64,000 nucleotides of DNA from Camelus ferus. Its lineage: Eukaryota. Location of the stretch: NCBI RefSeq assembly GCF_009834535.1, contig NC_045696.1, forward strand, positions 30,940,001 through 31,004,000, written 5' to 3'. The notes beneath the pieces are model-generated. The model was not told the origin of the DNA. It saw nothing but the letters and a program-made list of their open reading frames with translations, and ran no database searches. Shown here piece after piece: positions 40,401 to 51,740 of the stretch; the first letter of the stretch is position 1, and each line of letters starts with the position of its first letter. The position numbers were made by a program, and so were the translations under genes.

Positions 40401-40890
40401 TTTTGGCTAGGCAAAGCTTTCTCAGATATGATACTGAAAGCATGATTTATAAGAGATCAAACAGATAAAATGCACTTTGTAAAAAAAATAAAACTATTAC
40501 CCTTCGAAAAACTGCTAAGACAATGAAAAGCAAGCCACAAGCTGGAAGGATGTATTTGTAAATTACATATCTGATAAAGAACATGCACTTAAAATATACA
40601 AACACCTGTTACTTCTCAGTAAAAAGAACTAAATCATCCAATTGAAAACTGAACAAAGGTTTGAATAAACACATTCCCATAGAAGATACATGGATGTGAA
40701 TATTTACAAGAAAATATGCTCAATACAGTAATTAGAAAAACAGATTAAACAGACAATGAGATACTACTTTTTATCCATTAGAATGTCTTAAATAAAAAAG
40801 AAAAGAAAAGAAAAAAGAACCACTGACTGTTCTATTAGCAAGGATTTGAGGAATTGTAACTCTCATATAGTTGTGGTAAAAATGTAATAC
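37450..40890 (+). mobile_element. Composite of old L1 ORF1-region pieces, an L1 3' tip (38330-38490) and an L1 ORF2 3' part (40020-40890)
   Basis: ORF 40239-40445 (KTIKHLEQNIEEKLCDFWLGKAF) matches the L1 ORF2 C-terminal region; 3' tip 'catcgtggctagagttaacaatactgtactgtacac'. Confidence 0.75.
38752..38781. repeat. (TG)n microsatellite
   Basis: Read directly. Confidence 0.95.
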
Positions 40891-41139
40891 ATATATCATG
40901 TACCCATATGTATGTATATACATATATACATTAATTATTTACACACACCCACAACAGTCTTATAAAACAATACAAATAAATGCATTGTAGAATATGCATT
41001 CACCTATGCAACCTATGTAAGTTGTAGTAATACAATTCTGAAAGAACAATGCAAATGACTTTTCTAATGTTTAGCAGCAATCAAAATCATTAGTATTATT
41101 ACTATTGTTGTAAGGAATTATAGTCACTAGAGTGAGTTT

Positions 41140-41425
41140 CTATACTGGATTGTTAATCAAACTCACTAGACACAGCAGGTGAATCCAGCACAATGTTTAC
41201 TTATCTTAAGGAAGGGATGTAGCATCATTCACAGCAGCAGGCTCTCAGAAGCTTTGATTGCCCAGATGTAACTTATGATGTCTCCAAACATATGAGATGG
41301 ACTTTTTGTGCAGGATGAAGACAAGAGATGACACCTAAGTGATGTGCACAAGGAAGCTAAAAAGTATGGATTGCCTCCGCTGAACTTGTAGGTCACCAAC
41401 CCCGCAGGGGTGTGTGCTGTGCTCC
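41140..41425. mobile_element. Probable ERVL-type LTR fragment
   Basis: GC-richer block with LTR-like phrasing ('aactcactagacacagcagg...aatgtttactt'); family not assigned. Confidence 0.35.
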
Positions 41426-43034
41426 CATTTTTCACTGTACCTAAAGTTCACAATTGTACAATAAATAATCCCAACACTGCATCCTGAGATGTGTTTCAGT
41501 ACTTATTCATTAGTACATAGAAACCCCAGCTAAATTCGTTTAATAGATACATACCTTTAGATGATTCCATAAGAAATTTGACTAGGGGTTAACTTCCTTC
41601 AAACATCCTTGAAGCAGGAAGAAAACAATCACATCAGAGACATTCAAAACAACAACAAAAAAGCAAGCAACCAAATAAGGAACACACTTTAGAATTCATA
41701 GAAACAGAACACTTCTAATCCAGGCTTGTGGTTACCTCTGGAAGGGATGCAGGAAGGTAAGTTGGAGAGGAACACAGAAATTGAGAACTGAAGGATTTTG
41801 GCAATGTTCTGGATGGTAGGTTCATGAGTGTAAGTTATATTATAAAATAAATACAAAATTAATTAATGAAAACAAAATGAATATATAAAATATAAAAATA
41901 AAGAGTGAGAGTCATACATAAATTAATACTTAAGATTTATGGAATTGTGTGTGTCTGAAAATTTTAATAAATGAGAGCACTTTCTTAACTTCTTTTCATG
42001 AAGTAAATATTTCATGAAAAGATTAGAGACACTATCCTTGCTAAATACTGCTTTGTAGAAAAAGAGAGAGAATACACTTTATTACATCAGCAACATTCTA
42101 GCTACTTGAAAGTTTTGTTTTCCTTAATTTTTTCTCCCTAATTACCCAATTATCTAGAATTCTTAAGAGTTGGGAAGTCTAATTAAAGCAAATGTGATTT
42201 TATTTCCTCTTTAGTGTTTAAATAATTTACTATTATAAACTACTAATAGTATTTAAGTAGTGATTATTTTATGCTAGGCACCATATTTTGCTTGGGTTAT
42301 GTTATTTTATCTTCATAATACGTGAGTTGGCAATTTAAATATACATTTTACACATGAAGAAATAAAGTTTAAATTAGACAACATAACAAACCAAGTAATT
42401 CACAAAGCTTGACGTTACCAGGAATTTATTCAATCAGTTTAACTTCAAAATTCATATTATCGTGGCTCTCACTGAACCTTTCTCAACTCATAATTCTGAT
42501 CAAGCTTCGACATCTTTCCTTGGTAGTGGGAGAGACATAAATAAGAAATTTATCTATGATCTCTCATTCTGTCCATGCCTGAATCTGGATGTATAACTTT
42601 CATATGGATTAATATTGAAAAAATCTTAGCTTTCTAACAGAGGGACTCAGAAGACCTAGCTCATGAGGGCAGCCCTGGCCACGTGGGCCTTTCGTGTCTC
42701 ATGTTTAGGTGCCATGTCTACCAGGCCCAGTAGCGTGCTAGCCACTGAATTTGGAAAGATGTATATTGTCCTGTTATATATAGCATGGCTTTTCTCTAGA
42801 CCTCTAGAGGCCTGCCTTGTGATTCTTCTCTTGGGCTTGTCAAAAACCCTGCCTAGTTTGTTTGTCAAAAACTCTGTCTGTTTGCCATGATAGACATCTC
42901 TGGTAAAATGTGGTTTGTTGGGTCACACAGCTCCACTGGCAGGGCTACACCTGATGCAGAGCTCTTTCCTACTTTTGATTCCACTCAACTCTGATAGTCT
43001 TCTATGCCATTCAGTAAATAGGACTGAGCAGTAT

Positions 43035-43592
43035 TACTGTTATGAATTGGTCAAATTAATACTTATCAAGTGGAGCACAAGGTGCCAGATGGTGAGTCAT
43101 GGTTCAACAACAGACCAAAAGAGAAACTGAAATAGAGGAGGTTGTTACTCACAGGTCCTGGATGAAATACATGGTATGACTTGAGGGACCACATAGGAGA
43201 GGTCAAGACAGAGCTCAGTCAGAGACAGGCCCTTGGGCTCCATGCCTTTATGAGAGTCTGTTGGTGGATTGCTTTAGGGTTCTCAGACCAAGTGGATTGG
43301 GCAATTCAAACCAAAAGATCAGAGTTTTGTTAAGCCCCAGAAGGGCTATACATTAGAGAGGGAACATAATGGGAAGGAACTGGGAAGCAGAAGGGACTTT
43401 TGATCACAAGAATTGTTGAGGAAGTCATATGAGGAACTCAGCATTTGCTTGTGCCAGTGGGCTGCCCTGTAGGGCACTGAATTTGCATGATGGGACTAGT
43501 GTCAGCCTAAGGTCAATGTGTAGTCTGTTTGGCCAAGCAAAATGGAGGCCGAGGCAGTAATACCAAGGAATAGCTTAGCTAAACTCTTGACA
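43035..43592 (-). mobile_element. Solo LTR (ERVL class, MER54/MER74-like) nested in the ERVL pol region
   Basis: Ends '...gcttagctaaactcttgaca'; near-match 5-bp TSD agtat (43030-43034) / ggtat (43593-43597). Confidence 0.65.
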
Positions 43593-45139
43593 GGTATCAA
43601 ATATGGATATGCTGCTTCTAGAACTTAGAGGCCTACCAGGCAACGTGCCTCCCTTTTAGTAATGGAAATTGTAAGAGGCAGTAATTTGCCTTTTACCTTA
43701 GACAGTCCAAGCATGATCTAGACTGGTTCCCTTAAAATGTCCCCAAAGTGATATTCCTCTGGAACTCTCTGGAAGTTACTTTACTAAGGTCCTCAAAATA
43801 CTTCCCAATCTTTGCTCTGTCAGTATGATCAGCATGATGCTATCAGCATAGTTAGCCAGTGTGATGTTCTGTGGGCTGAAAGGATGCTCCACTTTCTTCA
43901 GAGCTATATTATAGCAGAGGGCATGAAGGTGAACATTGCCCTAGTGCAAAACCCTAAATGTACACTGCTGTCCATCCCACATAAATGCAATTAGAAATGA
44001 TACTCTTTCATAAGAGGACTAAAAAGTAAAATCTATATTGTACTTGGATTCATGTTAATATTCTCTAGTAAAATACCACAATCTGTTTTGTAAGATTTTT
44101 GTAAGATATCATATCTGTTCCAATTGGGTGAGACATCACAAGTTTCAACTGGGGCTACTACTTGGTTGGGTTTGCAATAGTCTACTCTCACAATCTAGGA
44201 TCCACTAGGTTTTACAAGGGCCAGTCTGGTAAATTATTTGGGGTATGATGGAGACCACCACCCTGGCATTCTTTAGGTTTTTAACAAAGCTCTGCCATTT
44301 TCCCTTGTGTATGGCATTGTTTTTGATGCGTTCTCTTGGGTGGGTTTGGAGGTGAGGCAAGTGTTCAAGCCTTATAGTTAGCTTTCTCTGTAGATTGTTT
44401 TCTTATCCTACAAGATAAGGAACAAACATGGGTGTTCTGCCAACTACTAAGTATATCCATTCTAATTGTGTTTCATGGGAAAAGGAAGTGATCACTGGGT
44501 AGATCTGTGCTTTATAAACTGCAACTTGACTAGAACTCTGTGTTCTCCCAGAGCAGCCAAGGTGTCACTTTAAGTCCCTGAGACTTGATGTCAATTTTAA
44601 TTGTTTAATTATCCTAAAATATCTGTGTAATCAATGTCTTTAGAGTCCTTTGAGGAAATGTATAAACTTACTGTGGAGAAAGACTTGCTAAGGTCTTTCT
44701 CCATGGACAACGGGCATCTCTTTCAAGGAATTTCAAGTCTGAAAATTCTCTCAGGTCCTAAAATTAGGCCAAGGATTGTGAACTATTGAATTGGGGATGC
44801 TTCCCACAGCCTTCTGGTACTCTGCCCTTGATTAGGTAAATAAATAAAGCAATAGACTTGTTGACCGTCCATCAATATTGTACCTAAAAAGTATGGGTAT
44901 GTTAAATAGCTACAAAGCTCTCAGAATTAGGGTGCCTTGGTTAACACTCTGACCTTGCAATTCAGTACAATATTTGTGCCTACCTTGCTTCTAATGGTTG
45001 AGTGCTTCTGCTTGATTTTTATTATATTGAGAATAAATCTCCATTGAATAAGGGAAGCCCTGTTCTGTAATAGGATCTCTCTTATCACACTGGAAAATGG
45101 TTCTTCAGGTCCTCCCACAGTTTACAGTCAGAGAGTAGG

Positions 45140-45510
45140 TGTTATGTGTTGAATTATGCCCCCCAAAATGCATATGTTGAATTCCTCACCCCAGGTATCT
45201 CAGAATGTGACTTTATTTAAAATGACATATGCAATTAGTTAAGTTTTGCACATGTAATTATTTAAGTCAAAATGAGGTCACACTGGAGAAGGGTGGCCCT
45301 CTAATTCAATATAACTGGTATCCCCATAAAAAAGAGAAATTTGGAGACAGACCTGCACACAACAGGAATAACATGTAAAGAAGAAGGTAGAGATCTGGGT
45401 CAAGCTTCTACAAACTGAGGAATGCCAAAGATTTCCAGCAGACTACCGGAAGCTCGGTGAACAACACTGAACAAGTTTTCTCTCATAGACTTCAGAAGAA
45501 ACCAGTCCTA
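45140..45510 (+). mobile_element. MLT1B/C LTR nested in the ERVL
   Basis: 'tgttatgtgttgaattatgccccccaaaa...ctcagaatgtgac...aaatgaggtcacactggag...gaggaatgccaaagat'. Confidence 0.9.
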
Positions 45511-46999
45511 AATTTCAGTGTCCCATTCCTCCCCAATCAGCATAGCACATTTGCTGAGACTGAGAATTCAACTTTCTCCGGAGCTTTTCTTCAAAACAAT
45601 TAAATCTCAATCCTGACAATCACATGAACAGCCTTCCTTCTGCTGGAGAGGAATGATCCTTTTTATGCCACCAAGGAAATCCTCTGGTTTTCATATTTTA
45701 CATAAAACATGTGCTAAATCGCCCTCAGCCTTATATTTTACTTTACCAATGATTCAGTAACCTTCAGCAGTAGTCATCTAGTTTCACAATTATTATTATT
45801 TCTTCCCATGAACCTCTCAAATGCCTGAGATATTGTCTCTTCCAGAGCATTTCCTTGCACCAGTGTGCTGTCTCTGGTCACTCCCAGCTGCTACATAGCA
45901 CCATAGCTGTCAAGATTCTACCTTCCATCAGTGGGGAGGTCCTGCTCCACTGCCAAGCAGAAAATATACAATGAAGTTCCTGAATCTCATTTTTAGAACC
46001 TGCGTCATAGGGCTACTTTTTGTTCCAACTGTCTTCATTTTGTTCTCTGGGAAGCGCACTCTGAAATCTAGATTGTATGCAGAAAGTTTATTAGAAAGTG
46101 CTTTGGGAAATTAGATCTGTAAGGAGGTGAGAGTGGTAGGATTTGGCAGACAGAAAAGTTGAACTGCCATAAAGTGATGTAAACGTAGGCAAGGCAACTC
46201 CCTTCGGCACAGATCAATTCCAGGAAAGCTGAGCTGTGAGCAGCCAACACTCTCAGAAGCTAGAGCAATGAGTATCTACCTTTCATTTGAGTGGCACAAC
46301 ACCATAGCCACTACAAATGTTTACATCTGCTCTAGAGTTTATTGCAAATGGATTTTACACAGGATTTTTGTTTTGTTATGATTTATTTTCATTTTTCTTG
46401 TTGCTTTGAGTATTTTTTTTTCCCTAATGGAAAAATGTTTGATTATAAAACCTTCCTAATATTTGAAATATCCTTGACTTTTAAATATATATATAAATAT
46501 ATATATTAAATATATATATACATATATATATAGGCCTTATACTGCCCAAGGTTAATTATGCCTCATTGTCTGTAAATCTGGTCATTATCAAAATACTAGG
46601 AATGTATGTGAATTCACTTGGATATTTATATATAAAACAATTATTTCAATCTGTTTGAATTATAAATTAGATGATTTTAAACATACAACTTAGAAGATGA
46701 TATGGAGTAAGTTATCCCCTAATGACGGAATGGCTTATACAGGAAATTCTAACACATCAAAGTAGTATGATACAACAGAACACTTTGTTCCACAAAAGTG
46801 TTACATAGAGCAGCTTCTAAAACTTTTTTTTTTAAGTAAAGAGGTAGAAGATGCTTGCAAATCTATGGGAGATTTACATCTGTCCCAAAATTGCTATTAT
46901 ATAACTCAAAGCATCCCGGAAATCTCATGTTTCAATTAAAACAATGTGTATGCCATTTAAGCCTACTTCACAATGTGTTGTCATTCAGTTTAACATAAA

Positions 47000-47890
47000 A
47001 ATGTGTAGAATTATCTAATGACTTGCCTCAGATTCATTCTCTTGTCCTAAGTCACTTAGGTCAAAATCCTTATTATTCATCCTGGCCACTCCTCTTTCTC
47101 TTATACATAGTTTATTCCCCCTCCACCATTAAATCTCATTTCTTCTGCCTGCAAAATATATCCAAACTCAAAATGTATCCAAATCACTCCAACTACTGTA
47201 ACATTTATTTAATCCCCATCTTCTTCCATCTGATTTATTATAATAACTCCTTAATTGGTCTATCTGCTTCTACGTTTGCATCTTGGATATTTTGCACAAA
47301 GTGAATGAAGTGAATGATCTTTGATTTTCTCAAGTAAGGCTGTGCTATCTCTTCAACAGCATCTGATAGTTTCTCATCTCACTCAGAATGAAAGTAAAAT
47401 TCTGAAAAAGGCTCATTACATCCTATATCATTTGTCATTTATATCTTACTCTCTCTTTTAGTTTATCTTCAACACCTCTCTTTCTCTCTGTTTTGCCACA
47501 CTCTTCTTCCTGTTCTTCCTGCAACACACCAAGGAATTGTAGGCCTTTGTCTCTTCTCTATTTAGAACACTTTTCTCAAAGACAGCTGTGCTATGCTCCC
47601 TCCCTGACCTCCCCAACGTTAGTACTGAAATATTACATTTTTCAGCGATTTCTTTCAAATCATACATCTTTCCATACTTTGCATTTCCTATTCTGCCTCC
47701 CTGCTTTATCTTTCTTCATAGCATCTGATGGTGCTATATATAGTTTAGCTCTTTTTTTTAATCTTACAGCTCATAACATTGAAATTTAAGTTCTAAGAGG
47801 GAGCAGGGGTAGATGTCTATTTTGTTTATAAATTGTATTTTCAGCACCTGAAACAACTGACAACATAGTTGTTAACCAATGAAGTAAAAC
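47000..47890 (+). mobile_element. L2 fragment
   Basis: 'ttctgcctgcaaaatatatcca', 'ctccttaattggtctatctgcttc', 3' end 'gtctattttgttt...tgtattttcagcacctgaaaca'. Confidence 0.75.
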
Positions 47891-48139
47891 ACATTCTTCA
47901 ATAAGATACATCATATTAATGTGGTTTTCTGTGCCCACATATTTGAAGCACAGACAGAAAGAAATTAATTGCTGATGATGACAAAAAGAGAAAACCCTGC
48001 AGGATGTGTATGTGGACCAGGAGCTGTCGGAATTTTATCAGGAGGGTGGGGGGCAGGGGCTTCTTTCTTCATGAGGCTTCCCTTACTGCTGGCTAAGTGC
48101 CAGAGAGTTGTGCACATGTCTCCCTGTCAACTCCCAACA

Positions 48140-48821
48140 ATGGGCAACTCCTGCTCCAACTTTAGGGGACAGTTGATGCAGGGGCTGTAGCCTATGCCCA
48201 CCTTGCTTGTCATCTGTGCCTTCATGGTCCAGAAGAGGAGCAGAGATTACCTCATGATGATGCTCAAGTGCAATGGCATGGACAGTAGTGTATAGGGTCA
48301 GAGGTGGGTACACTGGTACTTTCTGTGATTGTGAACCTGCTAACTATTGAAGATATCCACCGCCACATGATGAACTGCAACCACAGCCTGGGTGCCCAGC
48401 GAATCACTGACATCACTGGCAGCCACAATTACCCAGGCCTGCAGCATCTCACCTTTGCTAGGGGTCACACCTTTATTCTGGTCTACTCAGTCACCAAGAA
48501 GCACACCCTGAAGGGTCTGAAGTCCATCTAATTTGTGAGATCAAAGGCAACAACCTGCATATAAGTACGGTATCATTCAGGTGAGCAACAGGTGTGATGA
48601 GGGCCACTGAGAGCTGGCAGTGAGGGATAGTGCTGTTCATGCAATGGAGCAGAATTGCACCTTCATGAAGACATTTGCCAAAACTGGTATCAGTTTGCAG
48701 GAGCTGCTCCATATGCTGAACCACAAGAAGAAGAAGACTGCCAACTGCCTTGTCTTCCCAGAAGAAATTCCCGATGCCTAAGACTGACAACAACCTGCTT
48801 GGCACGGGCATTATCCCTGGA
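48140..48821 (+). pseudogene. DIRAS3: DIRAS3 (ARHI/NOEY2) pseudogene, probably processed
   Basis: Across frameshifts it reads MGNSCSNFRGQLMQGL*PMPTLLVICAFMVQKRSRDYLMMML...LLTIEDIHRHMMNCNHSLGAQRITDITGSHNYPGLQHLTFARGHTFILVYSVTKKHTLKGLK...ICEIKGNNLH/KYGIIQVSNRCDEGH*ELAVRDSAVHAMEQNCTFMKTFAKTGISLQELLHMLNHKKK...QKKFPMPKTDNNLLGTGII. This is colinear with DIRAS3 as I recall it (ARGHAFVLVYSVTKK, ICKIKGNNLHK, MEWNCAFMEISAKT), including the DIRAS3-specific N-terminal extension. Stops at 48188, 48293, 48529 and 48608. Confidence 0.93.
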
Positions 48822-49482
48822 CATTAGGAGCCCAACCTTCATTTCCTACGGTGTGCAAAAAACATCGACCAATCCCAGTGAAAGGCGTCACCTGTACATA
48901 ACCAGCCTGTGCTATGGTTTAGGTTATACAACTAGATGTAAATAAATGTTCCTTAGAAGTTAATAACTTTGTTTCCCAGGCAAGAGAATACACATTGTTA
49001 AAACAATGACATTTGAGAAGGAAAAAAAGGTGCATAGTGCATTTAAAGAATAAGACTTGGACAGACTTTAGAGAAAATGTCTGACAAGGACAATGAAATA
49101 TGAAAATAAATTGAAAGATGCCACTACCCTTCTTGTAATCCTCTTATTGTGTATTATTTTTAAATATTTCAAGTCTTATAAATGTCTAATCATATTTTTT
49201 CACTGTGTATATAATTGTTAAGAACTGTGTTCTCACAATAAAAGTTTTGATAAATGACTGTGAGATAAGTATATGAAATGAGATAAAAATTAATATTTTA
49301 CAGCTGATAATTGAAGGTGAAGGCAGAGAAAATTATGGAAGTGGAACTTAGTAAAGACATGCTAGTTATTTCCTGAGTCATTTTTAAATGTTTAGGAATT
49401 TCACATAAAAGTTTTTTAAAAGTGTAATAGTTTTATGGCTTAGTAAAGCTTTTCCTCGTGAAAAAAAAAGAAAGAAAGAAAG

Positions 49483-50350
49483 CAGTCAAAATGGAAATTT
49501 AAAAAAATTTGAAACAAAAAAGGAAGAACAAGATACCAAAACTCATAGGATAAAGGAAAATTGTTCTAAGAGGAAAGTTTATAGTAATAAACAGCAATGT
49601 TAAGAAAAGAAAAATATCTCAAATAACCTACTTTGACACATAAAGGAACTACAAAAAGGAAGAATAAACTAAACTCAAAGTTAGCAGAAGGAAGGAAATA
49701 ACAAAGATTAGAACAGAAAAAGAGGCTAGAAAAGGGATAGATAAGATGAACAAAACTAAGAGTTTTTTGAAAAGGTAAAAAACTGACAAACATTTAGAAC
49801 AGAGGAGACTCAAAATCAGAAATGAAAGAATAGACATTACAATTAGTAACAGAAATACAAGAAAATCATTAAGAGACTACTATGAACAATTATATGCCAA
49901 CTAATTTGATAACCTATGAGAAATGGATAAATTTCTGGAAAAACACAACCTGCCAAAACTGAAACATGAAGAAAAAGAAAATCTGAACAGACAAATAACA
50001 AGGAAGAATATTGAATTAATAATCAAAAACCTTCTCAAAAACAAACGTCCAGGATCAGCTGGTGAATTCTCCCAAACATTTAAAGAATTAATACCAAACT
50101 TCTCAAATTTTTCAAAAAAACAGTAATCGAAGGGGGTGGAACATCCTAAACTCATTTAACAAGGCCAAGATTATCAAAGTCATACAAGGACACTAAAAAA
50201 AAAAAAAACAATTACAGGCAAAAATTCCTGATGAATGTAGATGCAAAAATTCTCAACAAAATACTAGCAAACTGAAATCAATAGCCTATTAAAAGAATCA
50301 TATACCATGCTCAAGTGAGATTTATCCCTGGAATTCAAAGTTGTTTCAAA
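49483..50350 (+). mobile_element. L1 ORF2 fragment (post-EN/Z domain to RT start)
   Basis: ORF 49923-50126 MDKFLEKHNLPKLKHEEKENLNRQIT... is a canonical L1 ORF2 segment; 'ctgatgaatgtagatgcaaaaattctcaacaaaatactagc'. Confidence 0.93.
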
Positions 50351-50494
50351 CTGGACACTACTTGACTGGGTTAATGCTTCAAACTATTGCTATTTTTTCC
50401 ACCAAATTTACAACATAAAGTTTTGTCTAATTTTTTTCATAGTAGTAGAACGTCCTATTTCCTGTATTTTCATAAAATTGTTACACTGATTTAA

Positions 50495-51740
50495 AATAAC
50501 TTTTATTAAAGTATAGTTAATTTATAATATTATATTAGTTTCAGGTGTACAATAGAGTGATTCACTATTTTTGTGGACTATACTTCATTTAAAAATATTA
50601 CAAAATAATGGCTGTATTTTCCTGTGCTCTACATACATAATTCCATGTTGCTTATTTACTTTATACATAGTAGCCTGTATCTCTTAATCCTGTACCCCTG
50701 ATTTGACCCTCCCTCCTTCCCTGTCCCCACTGATAATGACTAGTTTGTTCTCTATATCTGTGAATCTCTGTTATATACATTCGTTTTTTTTCTTTCAGAT
50801 TCTACATATAAATGAAGACATACAGTACTTGTCTTTTGCTGACTTATGTCCCTAAACACAATACTCTCTAGATCCATACACATTGTTGCAAGTGGCAGAA
50901 TTTCACTCTGCTTTACAGCTGAGTAATATTCCATAATGTTATATTTATACATATATCACATCTTCTTTACTCATTCATCTGTTGATAGACATTTATGTCG
51001 CTTTCATATCTTGGCTATTGTAAATAATGCTTCTATGAACATTGTGGCACATGTATCTTTTCAAATTAGTGCTTTCATCTTCTTTCTATATGTACCCAGC
51101 AGTGGAATTGCTAGATCATATGGTAGTTCTATTTTTAGTTTATAGAGGAAACTCCATACTGTTTTCCATAGTGGCTACACCAATTTACAATCCCACCAAC
51201 AGTGTACTAAGGTTCTCTTTTTTCCACATCTTTACCAACACTTGTTACTTGTAGACTTTTTGATGATAGTCATTTTGACAGGTGTGAGGTAATATCTCCT
51301 TGTGGTTTTGATTTGCAATTTGTCTGGTGATTAGTGATACTGAACATTTTTTCATATGTCTCTAAGCCATCTGTATACCTTCTTTGGGAAAATGTCTATT
51401 CAGGTCTTCTGCACATTTTTTAATTGGGTTGTTTGTTTTTTTGATACTGAATTTATGAGTTGTTTATATATTTTGGATATTAATCCCTATTGCTCATATC
51501 ATTTGCAAATATTTTCTCCCATTCAGTAGGTTGCCCTTTCATTTTATCAATTATTATTATCATTATTATTATTGTTATTATTATTTTGCTGTGCAAAAGC
51601 TTTTAATTAAATCCCATTTGCTTATTTTTGCTTTTGTTTCTTTGCCTTAGGAAAGAGACCCCAAAAAATATTGCTACAAATTTTGTCAAAGAGTGTTTTG
51701 CCTATATTCTCCTCTAGGAGTTTTATATTTTTGGGTCTTT
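50495..51740 (-). mobile_element. L1 3' portion (ORF2 end plus 3'UTR)
   Basis: 'ttttattaaagtatagttaatttataat...tcaggtgtacaatagagtgattc'; minus ORF 50752-50952 MEYYSAVKQSEILPLATMCMDLE is the L1 ORF2 C-terminus. Confidence 0.93.

Larger units (their letters stand above)
42600..46315 (-). mobile_element. Decayed ERVL (LTR16/HERV16-like) provirus fragment: 5' LTR at 46030-46315 plus gag/pol remnants
   Basis: Minus translation of 43994-43830 gives LIAFMWDGQQCTFRVLH*GNVHLHALCYNIALKKVEHPFSPQNITLANYADSIML, the ERVL RT segment spanning the LPQG and YxDD motifs; LTR16-like TG...CA block at 46030-46315. Confidence 0.85.

Noticed and set aside
48304..48945. ORFs 48304-48531, 48491-48811 and 48655-48945 as functional genes
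   Set aside because: Fragments or off-frame/antisense readings of the DIRAS3 pseudogene; GTP-binding motifs and CaaX are destroyed.
49483..51740. Opposed L1 pieces as a twin-priming inversion
   Set aside because: The poly(A) end of the minus piece faces the plus piece, which is the wrong geometry; more likely independent insertions.
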